Positions 1-8,989 of a DNA stretch of 64,000 bases are shown one piece after another (position 1 is the stretch's first letter; every line of letters starts with the position of its first letter). The notes beneath the pieces were generated by a model. It saw only the letters and a list, made by a program, of their open reading frames with translations. It was not told the origin of the DNA and made no database searches. Both the position numbers and the translations under genes were made by a program. Source of the stretch: Candidatus Daviesbacteria bacterium (GTDB taxonomy: Bacteria; Patescibacteriota; Microgenomatia; Daviesbacterales; UBA10151); assembly GCA_028687915.1 (NCBI GenBank), contig JAQTZF010000001.1:216229-280228 (forward strand). Reading direction: 5' to 3'.

Positions 1-820
1 TATTTTCCCAATTTCTGAACAAACCAGAGATGAATATTATCACCAAGGTCAGAGAATGAAATTCCTGATTAAGGAAATCAGAGAAGGCAGACATGGACCA
101 GAAGTTGTTTTGAGCAGATCTGATGTTAATTTAGTTAAAGGCCTATTTGCTTTAGAAGTACCAGAAGTACAAACAGGTTCTGTAGTTATTAAAGATGTAG
201 CCCGTGAAGCTGGTTCCAGAACCAAGATTTCAGCTGTTTCTACCCAAGAAGGTGTTGATCCAGTTGGTTCTTTAGTTGGTCAAAAAGGAGTTCGGGTTCA
301 GGCTGTTATGAATGAGCTTGGAGAAGAACGAATTGATATTATTTCCTATTCAGAAGATCCTGTTAAATATATTGCTTCAGCTTTGTCACCTGCTAAAGAA
401 GTAACAGTCAGAATCGAAGAAAATGAAGGTGAAAAATTAGCTAAAGTAAAAGTTCCAAATACTCAATTATCATTGGCAATTGGAAAAGGTGGTCAAAATG
501 TAAGATTGGCTGCAAGACTCACAGGCTGGAAAATTGATATTGAAGGTCTGGAAGATTTAAGAGAGCAAAGAGAAGCTGAAGTAGAAAAGTTAAAAGCTGA
601 AAAAGCAGCAGAGCCTAGTGAAGAAGAAAAAGCTGAAAATCGTGAAGAGGTAGTTGAGGCTGTGGAAGAAGAAATTGATAAAGCTGTAGAAGAAGAGTCT
701 TTGGATAATGCAACAGAACCAGAACCAACTGCAGAAGAAGCAGCTCCCGCTGCTGCTCAAGCTGAAAACGATATTGAAGAAGCCGATCAGGCTAAGCCTA
801 AAGAAGAAAAATCAGAATAA
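1..820 (+). CDS. nusA: Transcription termination/antitermination factor NusA, 3' portion (KH1-KH2 domains plus acidic tail). The 5' end lies upstream of the window; frame is open from nt 2.
   Basis: Translation aligns with E. coli NusA from the end of S1 through KH1/KH2 (…EVPEVQTGSVVIKDVAREAGSRTKI…GQKGVRVQAVMNELGEERIDII…IGKGGQNVRLAARLTGW). No in-frame stop upstream of the first Met. Ends with an E/A-rich acidic tail. Confidence 0.85.
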   Translation, partial: IFPISEQTRDEYYHQGQRMKFLIKEIREGRHGPEVVLSRSDVNLVKGLFALEVPEVQTGSVVIKDVAREAGSRTKISAVSTQEGVDPVGSLVGQKGVRVQAVMNELGEERIDIISYSEDPVKYIASALSPAKEVTVRIEENEGEKLAKVKVPNTQLSLAIGKGGQNVRLAARLTGWKIDIEGLEDLREQREAEVEKLKAEKAAEPSEEEKAENREEVVEAVEEEIDKAVEEESLDNATEPEPTAEEAAPAAAQAENDIEEADQAKPKEEKSE

Positions 821-864
821 TGAATAAAGTTTAACTTTTAATTCACATTCTTAATCTTCGAAGG

Positions 865-890
865 GCCGCCTCAAATCAGGCGGTTTTTTA
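865..890 (+). terminator. Rho-independent terminator-like hairpin between nusA and infB
   Basis: CCGCCT/AGGCGG 6-bp stem (866-871 / 878-883), loop CAAATC, followed by TTTTTT (884-889). Confidence 0.5.
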
Positions 891-961
891 TAACTACGAA
901 AGTAGTTACAAGACTCTGACAGTGTAAACTGGCAGAGGAATTATTTTTAAAGGAGAAAAAT

Positions 962-2416
962 ATGTCAGAACAATTAAGACCACCAGTAGTAACAATTTTA
1001 GGCCATGTTGATCATGGAAAAACTACCCTGCTCGATTATATCCGCAAAACCAGAGTAGCAGCTGGAGAACACGGTGGAATTACCCAGGCTATTGGTGCTT
1101 ATCAGGTGGAAGCTGAAGGGAAACTAATTACTTTTATTGATACCCCAGGGCATGCTGCTTTTGAAAAAATGAGATCCAGAGGAGCGGAAGCTGCTGATAT
1201 TTCAGTGCTTGTGGTGGCAGCAGATGATGGAATAATGCCACAAACAATAGAAGCTATTAAACATATCCAAAAAGCACTTACCCCTATGATTGTGGCTGTT
1301 AATAAGGTTGATTTATCAGGACTTGATATTAAAGCCACTGTAGAAAAGATTAAAAGACAACTTTCTGATCAAAAAGTATTGGTGGAAGAATATGGGGGAG
1401 ATGTACCAATTGTACAAATTTCTGCCAAAACAGGGGCAGGTGTGCCTGAACTTTTGGAAACCATTAATTTAGTAGCAGAAATGAATGAATTTAAGAGTGA
1501 TCCAGAAAAACCAGCCACTGGTGTAATTCTGGAAGCTAATTTGGATAAATCCAAAGGGTCTGTAGCTACAGTATTAGTTAGAAACGGATCTTTAAAGAAA
1601 GGTGATGTAATAAAAGCCGGAAATTCCAGTGGAAAAGTTAGGGGAATGTTTAATTTTGCAGGAAAACCTTTAGATGTAGCCCTACCTTCTACTCCGGTTG
1701 AAGTTTTAGGCTTTGAAACAGTGCCAGCAGTAGGTTCACGGGTTAATGAGGCAGAGGAAGAAAAAGAAGAAGCTAAACGTAAGTTTTCCAGCCTTGTTGA
1801 TAAATTAAAAAATAACCAGGAAGAATTATTAACTGTGGTAATTAAAGCTGATAAACAAGGATCAGTAGAAGCTGTCAGAGATATTTTGGAAAAATTAAAT
1901 CTAGAAAAAGAACATTTGAGAATTATTTCAGCTGGAACAGGTGATATTACAGATTCAGATGTGGAAATGGCCCAGGGAGCTAAGGGGATTGTAATTGGAT
2001 TTAATGTGAAAGTAGTACCAACTGCACAAAGAATAGCTGATCAGGAAAGAATCTTAATCAGACTTTATAACATTATTTATGAATTAGCAGATGAGATGGA
2101 AGATGTGGTAGAAACAATGTTAAAGCCAGGAGTGGTGGAAGAAGTTTTTGGCAGGGCTCAAATTATTGCAGAATTTCCTTATGGAAAGGATGAAAAAATT
2201 GCAGGATGTAAAGTGGTTGAAGGAGTAATTTCCAAGGGTCCAAAAATCAGGATTGTTAGAAAAGATGAAGTTGTTTATGAGGGTAAATTAAAATCAATTA
2301 AAAAGGTTAAAGATGAAGTACCAAAAGTAGAAAAAGGAACAGAATGTGGCATGATGTTTGATCCCATCTTTGATTTTCAAATTGGAGACATTATCGAATC
2401 TTTCAGAGTTTACTGA
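962..2416 (+). CDS. infB: Translation initiation factor IF-2, short form (484 aa; GTPase plus domains II/C1/C2 only, no N-terminal region)
   Basis: [13 protein letters not shown]-loop, DTPGH, NKVD motifs. Follows nusA as in the canonical operon. AGGAG Shine-Dalgarno at 949-955. Confidence 0.9.
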   Translation: MSEQLRPPVVTILGHVDHGKTTLLDYIRKTRVAAGEHGGITQAIGAYQVEAEGKLITFIDTPGHAAFEKMRSRGAEAADISVLVVAADDGIMPQTIEAIKHIQKALTPMIVAVNKVDLSGLDIKATVEKIKRQLSDQKVLVEEYGGDVPIVQISAKTGAGVPELLETINLVAEMNEFKSDPEKPATGVILEANLDKSKGSVATVLVRNGSLKKGDVIKAGNSSGKVRGMFNFAGKPLDVALPSTPVEVLGFETVPAVGSRVNEAEEEKEEAKRKFSSLVDKLKNNQEELLTVVIKADKQGSVEAVRDILEKLNLEKEHLRIISAGTGDITDSDVEMAQGAKGIVIGFNVKVVPTAQRIADQERILIRLYNIIYELADEMEDVVETMLKPGVVEEVFGRAQIIAEFPYGKDEKIAGCKVVEGVISKGPKIRIVRKDEVVYEGKLKSIKKVKDEVPKVEKGTECGMMFDPIFDFQIGDIIESFRVY

Positions 2417-2451
2417 ACTTCTAATTCAAAACAAGTAATAAATTTTACTAT

Positions 2452-2709
2452 TTAAGAAAAGCTCTTTACAATATAAACAGCTATTTTGTAACAGGCAGAT
2501 GAGAAATCTGGATTGTTTCCATAGAACATTCTGGCTCTTCTATGAGCAATCATTGCTTCTTTTGTTTTGCCTTGAGCTTCAAATTTATTTGCAAGCCCGC
2601 AATATATTGTTTGTAAAGACCAAGCAGTTGCTTCGGCTGGTGTTAAATCTGCCAAATTTCCATTTGACCGCAGTCCTTCACTGATCTCCATTACTCGTTC
2701 CTTAATCAT
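2452..2709 (-). CDS. Hypothetical small protein (85 aa)
   Basis: Only sizeable ORF in the 375-nt infB-to-NUDIX spacer. No recognisable motifs. Confidence 0.25.
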   Translation of the reverse strand: MIKERVMEISEGLRSNGNLADLTPAEATAWSLQTIYCGLANKFEAQGKTKEAMIAHRRARMFYGNNPDFSSACYKIAVYIVKSFS

Positions 2710-2791
2710 AAGTGACTCGATAGTAAAATATTTATTTCAAAAAGTAAAGAAGGTGCCAGTGTTTTAATTGGTATGTTAGACTAAGTGGGAA

Positions 2792-3265
2792 ATGGGTAAA
2801 TTAAGACAAGCAACTTCATGCTTTTTAATTAAAGATAATAAAGTGCTTTTGGCTATGAAAAAAAGGGGATTTGGGGTTGGGAAATGGAATGGTCCTGGTG
2901 GAAAACCAAATTCTGGTGAGAGTATAGAAGAAACTGCTGTTAGGGAAACCCTGGAAGAGATAGGTGTAACTATTAAGTCTTTTGATAGAGTAGCTACTTT
3001 AGACTTTTTCTTTCCTGCTGATTTAGCAAAAAAGGACTGGAATCAGCAGGTTTGTGTTTATTTGGTAACTGATTGGGAAGGGGAACCAGTAGAAACAGAG
3101 GAGATGAAGCCAGCCTGGTTTAAGTATGAGGAAATTCCTTATAAAGATATGTGGGTAGATGATATTTACTGGCTGCCTCAGGTTTTACAGGGCAAAAAAC
3201 TTAAAGGAACTTTTTCTTTTACTCCTGATGAATCCTTGCAGGATTTTGAAGTAATTGAAATCTAA
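2792..3265 (+). CDS. NUDIX (MutT-like) hydrolase
   Basis: Nudix box GGKPNSGESIEETAVRETLEEIGV (G-x5-E-x7-REUxEExGU). Confidence 0.8.
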   Translation: MGKLRQATSCFLIKDNKVLLAMKKRGFGVGKWNGPGGKPNSGESIEETAVRETLEEIGVTIKSFDRVATLDFFFPADLAKKDWNQQVCVYLVTDWEGEPVETEEMKPAWFKYEEIPYKDMWVDDIYWLPQVLQGKKLKGTFSFTPDESLQDFEVIEI

Positions 3266-3286
3266 AAACTATCCTATAGTTGCTTT

Positions 3287-3856
3287 TTGCCTTGTTTTGT
3301 TCTAAAATATATTACTATGCCAGTTGATATATTAGCTGAAAATCCTATTCTGGAAAAGCAATTGGAAAGCGCTACTCCTCAACGTTTAATGACCCTATAT
3401 AAAAAGTGGTTTAAAGATAATTACCCTGGGCAGGAAATTGACTACAAAATAATAAAAGATTCATTAGATGGTACAATCTCCAAATTTAGATTAAATCCAT
3501 TAGCTGAAAAACACTATTCTGGTTTACGCTATTATCCTGAAATAAGAATTGCTGAAACAGATTTTGGGGCTACAAGGCTTACTGATCTTAGAGGAAAACT
3601 TATGGATAAATTAATAGCTTATCCTGAGCAGGCAATACCTTTTAGCGCGTTATTCAGATGCTGGGAAGGTGATTACAGCGGGGCGTTTAATCTCTTAAAA
3701 GTACATATGTTTTACATGAGAGAAGATTTACGCATTCTCTATGAAAAAGGGGGAGTAGATTTATCTCCTTATCCTATTCCGGTTTCCGTTATGACAGTAG
3801 GATATAAATTATCGAGTGAGTATGATTGGAAAACATTAGATCGACTATCTAGATAA
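3287..3856 (+). CDS. Hypothetical protein (189 aa). True start may be the internal Met at 3317.
   Basis: Intact ORF, same strand and tightly spaced with the NUDIX gene (21 nt). No motif recognised. Confidence 0.5.
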   Translation: MPCFVLKYITMPVDILAENPILEKQLESATPQRLMTLYKKWFKDNYPGQEIDYKIIKDSLDGTISKFRLNPLAEKHYSGLRYYPEIRIAETDFGATRLTDLRGKLMDKLIAYPEQAIPFSALFRCWEGDYSGAFNLLKVHMFYMREDLRILYEKGGVDLSPYPIPVSVMTVGYKLSSEYDWKTLDRLSR

Positions 3857-3904
3857 TTTATTGAACTTGATTATTATGGGTCATTTTGATAAAATCTGCA
3901 GTAC

Positions 3905-4987
3905 ATGAAATACGATACTCAAGTTTCCCAAATCCAACCGGCTATAACTGGAGCACAAAACATTTTAATTGCTATTCCTACTGAAGTTACAATTGACCGT
4001 TTAGCTTCTGGGTTAGCTCTGTATTTATCTTTAAAAACTGCTGGGAAAAATGTATCAATTGTGACAGATGGAGTTTTAACAGTTGGGTTTACTCATCTTT
4101 TTGGAATAGGAAATGTTAAAAATACTTTGCCTCAAAACTCGAGTGGTGATTACACAATTACTTTAGGTAATGTTGTTGCCCCTGATGGGCATATTCCAGC
4201 TTTGCAAAACCTGGATTGGGCACCTGCAGGTAACACTAAATCAGATTTAAAGCTAACCTTTCATGTTAATCCGGGACAAAAATTTGAACCCACTTTTGTA
4301 ACACCTGCACATGAAGGTGGAAACTTTGACCTAATTATTACAATCGGTGCAAATACCTGGTTATCACTTGGCTCTATTTATGCCAACAGTTCCCAAATGT
4401 TTACTAATACTACAATTTTAAATATTGATAACCAGTCAGAAAATACAAATTATGGACAAATAAATTTGGTTGATGGAGAGGCTTCTTTATCTGAGATCAT
4501 TGGTTTATTATTACCAGCCTTAAATTTACCATATGAGGCAGATACTGCCAGTAATATAATTGCAGGGCTTTATGATAAAACTCAAGGTTTGCAAACAGCA
4601 GGAGCTGATACTTATGAGGTTATGGCTCAAGCTTTAAGAGTTGGTGGACAAAAGCCATCCAATAGTTCAAATACTGCTCCAATGTCTGAGCCAGCTGCTC
4701 AGGCAGCTTCTACTACTGGTATGCCTGCATGGGTAGATGCTCCAGCACCGATTCAATCAGAGACATCTACTATCTCAAGTTCATCACAAGGTTTAAATAT
4801 TAGTCCTTTTCTAAATCCACAGAACTTTTCTGTTGATACTACTGCTGCTTCTACACCTCAACCAGAAATACAGCCTCAACCACAACAATCTGCAGAAGAA
4901 GTACCAATGGGTGAGCAAGCACAAACAACTAGTCCGGAAGCTGATTGGCTAACACCAAAGATTTTCAAAAGCAGCAAAATCGGTTAA
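3905..4987 (+). CDS. DHH-family (NrnA/RecJ-like) phosphoesterase-fold protein with substituted catalytic residues, plus an S/T/P/Q-rich low-complexity C-terminal tail
   Basis: Collinear with NrnA: ILIAIPTEVTIDRLASGLALYLSL compares with IILHRHVRPDPDAYGS…. The DHH motif is replaced by NIDNQSE (compare KIDHHPNED), so motifs I-III lack their Asp/His residues. No DHHA1/GGGH domain. Last ~120 aa are low complexity. Confidence 0.6.
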   Translation: MKYDTQVSQIQPAITGAQNILIAIPTEVTIDRLASGLALYLSLKTAGKNVSIVTDGVLTVGFTHLFGIGNVKNTLPQNSSGDYTITLGNVVAPDGHIPALQNLDWAPAGNTKSDLKLTFHVNPGQKFEPTFVTPAHEGGNFDLIITIGANTWLSLGSIYANSSQMFTNTTILNIDNQSENTNYGQINLVDGEASLSEIIGLLLPALNLPYEADTASNIIAGLYDKTQGLQTAGADTYEVMAQALRVGGQKPSNSSNTAPMSEPAAQAASTTGMPAWVDAPAPIQSETSTISSSSQGLNISPFLNPQNFSVDTTAASTPQPEIQPQPQQSAEEVPMGEQAQTTSPEADWLTPKIFKSSKIG

Positions 4988-5004
4988 AATAACTTTAACC
5001 TATA

Positions 5005-5592
5005 ATGAAGTCAAAAGAGATTCCTTCAACTATTCAAGCTCAAGCAGACCGTTTTAAAACACTTTTAACAGCAGTTAATGAAGGGGAAAAGCTCTATATT
5101 GTGGCTGGTTTAGCTAACAGGCCTTTTTATGAACAAGTTGAGGGAGCTATCAGGCATACATATGAGGAAAAAGGGGTGCAAGCCAATATTATTGCAGGAC
5201 CCATTCTATCAGTTGATGAACATGGAGATTCTCCATTATTAAGACTTGCCCGTGGTGATAACCCTTCGGCAATATTATATGCTTCAAGCTTTCGTTCACG
5301 AGAACATTATAGAATAATTGGTAATCAGACAATTCAGGTTGAAAACCGCCATATGCCTTTACAAGAAGATAGAAGAATGATGGAATACAATGATGCATAC
5401 TCCATGGCGATTTATATTAATTATTTTAAAGCCGCTGTTAGCCTTTTTTGTAAAAGATGGTCAAGGGATTATCAGGATCTTTTTATCAGAATTGGGGATA
5501 ATGATATTAAAGAAATACTTTCAGATTTTGATTATGATTTTAAAACAACTAGGGAAATTCGGAATCACCTAGGTCAGGCTTTACTTGATTAA
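5005..5592 (+). CDS. Hypothetical protein (195 aa)
   Basis: Intact ORF 17 nt downstream of the DHH-like gene. No motif recognised. Confidence 0.5.
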   Translation: MKSKEIPSTIQAQADRFKTLLTAVNEGEKLYIVAGLANRPFYEQVEGAIRHTYEEKGVQANIIAGPILSVDEHGDSPLLRLARGDNPSAILYASSFRSREHYRIIGNQTIQVENRHMPLQEDRRMMEYNDAYSMAIYINYFKAAVSLFCKRWSRDYQDLFIRIGDNDIKEILSDFDYDFKTTREIRNHLGQALLD

Positions 5593-5697
5593 AGAAACCA
5601 ATCTATGCCCTTGTAAAGTTTTATAAATTTTGTTAAACTTCGTTAGTACTTAAGGTTTACTTCAGGCACCGAGGTTTACCTTTAGAAAGATAAAAAG

Positions 5698-5967
5698 ATG
5701 CCTTTAGATATAAAATCAAAACAACAAATTATTGAAGAGTTTGCTACCCACAAGGGAGATACTGGTTCTCCAGAAGTTCAAGCAGCATTACTAACCGAAC
5801 AAGTCAAAAATCTTACTGCTCATTTAAAAGAACATCCACATGATATCCATTCCAGAAGAGGATTATTATCCATGGTTAACCGTAGAAGGAGACTCTTACA
5901 ATACTTACTGAAAAAAGATAATGAAAGATACCAAGTCCTAATTGGAAAATTAGGTTTGAGTAAATGA
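5698..5967 (+). CDS. rpsO: 30S ribosomal protein S15
   Basis: 89 aa; …[14 protein letters not shown]…[29 protein letters not shown]… matches S15. Directly upstream of pnp. Confidence 0.92.
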   Translation: MPLDIKSKQQIIEEFATHKGDTGSPEVQAALLTEQVKNLTAHLKEHPHDIHSRRGLLSMVNRRRRLLQYLLKKDNERYQVLIGKLGLSK

Positions 5968-6084
5968 GTAAAATAGTGTATAATAGCTTTAGGTGTTCGG
6001 ATTTGAGATTGCAAAGAGAGAATTAGATAATCTAGTTTACTCTTCTACAGTTTCCAATCCACATCTAAAATTAGAAAATTTAAT

Positions 6085-8280
6085 ATGAAACAACAAAAGA
6101 CTATAACCAGGGAACTGGATTTAAATGGCCGTAAACTCACTTTAGAGACTGGCTACCTAGCTCAAGCTGCAGATGCTGCAGTGCTTGCAACATGGGGAGA
6201 AACAGTAATACTCGCTACAGTAGCTGCTAAACCTCTTGCTTCTGATCCTGGATATTTCCCTTTATCAGTTGAATATGTTGAAAAATATTATGCAGGAGGC
6301 AGAATTACCGCTCAAAAGTTTATAAAGCGAGAAACCAGACCACCAGAAGACGCTATCCTTGCAGGTCGTGCAATTGATCGGGCTATTCGTCCTTTATTCC
6401 CACATGATTTTCCTTATGAAGTACAACTTATTGTAAATGTCTTATCCTTTGATGGAGAAAATGATCCTGTTACTTTAGGTTTTATAGCAGCAGCAGCAGC
6501 AGTTTCTTTATCTTCAGTACCTTTTGCAGGACCAATGGGAACTGTTAGAGTAGGGTTAAAAGATGGGGAATTTGTAGTAAACCCAACTTTATCTGAATAT
6601 GATTCTCTTGATTTAAATCTATTAGTAGCAGCCACTAAAGAAAAAGTTGCCATGATTGAAACAGTGGCAGATGAAGTAGAGGATGAATTGGTATTTGATG
6701 GTATTAAAAAAGCTCACACTGAGGCACAAAAAATTGTTAATTTAATTGAAGATTTTGCTAAAGAAGCTGGTAAGACAAAAGTTGTATTTTCCTCTTTAAA
6801 TGAATCTGTAGAAGAAGCAGTAATGAAAGAGGTTAAAACTGAAGTTAAGGCCAAGATTCAGGCTGCCTTATCTGATCCAATAAACCCATGGCATGAGGCT
6901 ACAGGCGATATTATTAAACAAGAATTAGCACTTAAATATGCTGATACATTATCTTCAACTATTTTGCGGGGTATTTTTGATAAAGTTGCTAAGGAATTGA
7001 TGAATGATTTGATCTTAAATCAAGGTAAAAGAGTTGATGGCAGAGCTATGACTGATATTCGTCCAATTGATATTAAAGTTGGACTACTTCCAAGAGCACA
7101 CGGTTCAGCAGTTTTCCAACGTGGTTCTACTCAAGTTTTATCAATTGCAACTGTAGGACCACTTTCTTTATCTCAAACCCTAGAAGGTATGATGGGAGAA
7201 TCAACCAAGAAATTTATGCATCATTACAATATGGGAATTAATCCTTTCTCAGTGGGAGATGTTAAAAGAATTGGTGCTCCAAACAGAAGAGATATTGGTC
7301 ATGGAGCTTTAGTTGAAAAATCATTAGTTAATGTTATTCCTTCTAATGAAGATTTCCCTTATGCAGTCAGAGTAGTATCAGAAGTTTTAGCAGCTAATGC
7401 TTCTACTTCCCAAGCAGCTCTTTGTGCTTCCACTTTGGCTCTTATGAATGCTGGTGTTAAGATTAAAAATCCTGTGGCTGGTATTGCCTTAGGTTTATTA
7501 TCCAATGAAGAAAAATTCCAGGTAATTACTGATATGCAGGCTGTAGAAGACTTTTATGGTCAGATGGATTTTAAAGTTGCCGGAACTGTTAAGGGTGTAA
7601 CAGCAATCCAAATGGATACTAAACTACATGGTTTATCTTTTGAAATTATTGAAGAAGCTTTGAAGCAAGGTAAAGCTGCCAGACTCGTTATCATAGAAGA
7701 AATTAATAAAGCTATTCCAGAGGTTGGACCAATGTCCAAATATGCACCAAAGATTGAGATTACTCACATTAAACCAGAAAGTATTGGAGCTTTAATTGGA
7801 CCAGGTGGTAAAAATATTAATGCTATTATTGCCAGAACTGGTGCTCAAATTGATATTGAAGATGATGGAATGGTGATGGTTTCTTCAACAGATGATGAAG
7901 CAATTAGAAAAGCAATTTCTGAAATTGATGGAATGTTTAAAGAAGTTGCTGTTGGTGAAGTTTATGAAGGTAAAGTAGTAAAACTAGCTACTTTTGGAGC
8001 ATTTGTTGAAATCTTACCTGGTCGCGACGGATTGGTTCATGTTTCTCAAATGGCACCAGAACGAGTGGAAAATCCAGCAGATATTGTTTCTGAAGGTCAA
8101 ACAGTTAAGGTCAGAGTAACTGATGTTGATCCATCTGGTAAAATTGGTTTATCAATGTTATTCGGAGAACAAATAAAGCCAGATAGTGAACGAAGACCAA
8201 GTGGCGGTGGAAATAGACGTGATTTTGGTGGTCAGAGACGTGAGTTTGGTAATAATTCTTCTGATAGACGTCGAAGATAA
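6085..8280 (+). CDS. pnp: Polynucleotide phosphorylase (PNPase) with a C-terminal RGG-rich tail
   Basis: Two RNase PH-like domains, KH (IGALIGPGGKNINAI) and S1 (GEVYEGKVVKLATFGAFVEI) domains. rpsO-pnp synteny. Confidence 0.95.
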   Translation: MKQQKTITRELDLNGRKLTLETGYLAQAADAAVLATWGETVILATVAAKPLASDPGYFPLSVEYVEKYYAGGRITAQKFIKRETRPPEDAILAGRAIDRAIRPLFPHDFPYEVQLIVNVLSFDGENDPVTLGFIAAAAAVSLSSVPFAGPMGTVRVGLKDGEFVVNPTLSEYDSLDLNLLVAATKEKVAMIETVADEVEDELVFDGIKKAHTEAQKIVNLIEDFAKEAGKTKVVFSSLNESVEEAVMKEVKTEVKAKIQAALSDPINPWHEATGDIIKQELALKYADTLSSTILRGIFDKVAKELMNDLILNQGKRVDGRAMTDIRPIDIKVGLLPRAHGSAVFQRGSTQVLSIATVGPLSLSQTLEGMMGESTKKFMHHYNMGINPFSVGDVKRIGAPNRRDIGHGALVEKSLVNVIPSNEDFPYAVRVVSEVLAANASTSQAALCASTLALMNAGVKIKNPVAGIALGLLSNEEKFQVITDMQAVEDFYGQMDFKVAGTVKGVTAIQMDTKLHGLSFEIIEEALKQGKAARLVIIEEINKAIPEVGPMSKYAPKIEITHIKPESIGALIGPGGKNINAIIARTGAQIDIEDDGMVMVSSTDDEAIRKAISEIDGMFKEVAVGEVYEGKVVKLATFGAFVEILPGRDGLVHVSQMAPERVENPADIVSEGQTVKVRVTDVDPSGKIGLSMLFGEQIKPDSERRPSGGGNRRDFGGQRREFGNNSSDRRRR

Positions 8281-8288
8281 AAATTTTT

Positions 8289-8987
8289 ATGTTGAAGGGG
8301 TTTTTCTCCAAAGAAAAAATTATACTTGGAACCTTAATCTTGGTTCTTTTAAGTCTTATCTCTTTTATATTTTTTCGTTTTCAGTTAACAGAAAATGGTT
8401 TGGTATCAGCCAAAGGGTTGTATGCCGGTATGCAGAGGAGTTTAAGTCCGTCGCAGGCATATATCACTCTGGATAAAGATAATCTAAAAATTGTATTTAA
8501 AATTACTAACGCTGATAAACAAGTATTTGCAGAATTTTTAAAAAGTGTTGGAATTAAAAATTTTGAGGAACAGGAAATAAACATTAAATTTGCTGATCAG
8601 AACGGAGAAGAGTTGAATAAAATATTGCGTAAAAATAATTTAATTTCAGATGAAACCACAAAAGTTAGTTTAAATTTAAAGATTTTGACTAAAGAAATAG
8701 ACTTTGATAATAAAAAAGTATTTGGACCATTTGATTCTGTAGCAGAAAATTTATTGGAAAATCCAAGTGATGCAGGCAGTATTAGAACTGAAGCCTTAGG
8801 GGGATCTGGCTATTTGGTGGAAATTGATAATCCGGAAAAAGTTTTAACAGAAGGAACTTTATCTGGTAAATTAAAATTATCAGAAAACTTAGTAGATTCT
8901 GGATGGTGGCAAGTTGTGACTAAATTAGCTAAAATTAATTTGAAGATACAAGATGGTGTGCTTACAGGTGCATTTATCTTAAAATAA
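8289..8987 (+). CDS. Hypothetical protein with an N-terminal transmembrane anchor
   Basis: Hydrophobic segment ILGTLILVLLSLISFIFF near the N-terminus. No known motif. Confidence 0.5.
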   Translation: MLKGFFSKEKIILGTLILVLLSLISFIFFRFQLTENGLVSAKGLYAGMQRSLSPSQAYITLDKDNLKIVFKITNADKQVFAEFLKSVGIKNFEEQEINIKFADQNGEELNKILRKNNLISDETTKVSLNLKILTKEIDFDNKKVFGPFDSVAENLLENPSDAGSIRTEALGGSGYLVEIDNPEKVLTEGTLSGKLKLSENLVDSGWWQVVTKLAKINLKIQDGVLTGAFILK

Positions 8988-8989
8988 TT

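Noticed and set aside
1102-1554. Minus-strand ORFs (78 and 61 aa) inside infB
   Set aside because: Antisense to a strongly conserved GTPase domain; no features.
6414-6653. 79-aa minus ORF inside pnp
   Set aside because: Antisense shadow of the PNPase core.
8111-8476. ORFs 8111-8311(-) and 8186-8476(+) at the pnp 3' end
   Set aside because: Overlap the PNPase RGG tail and the start of the next gene; no support.
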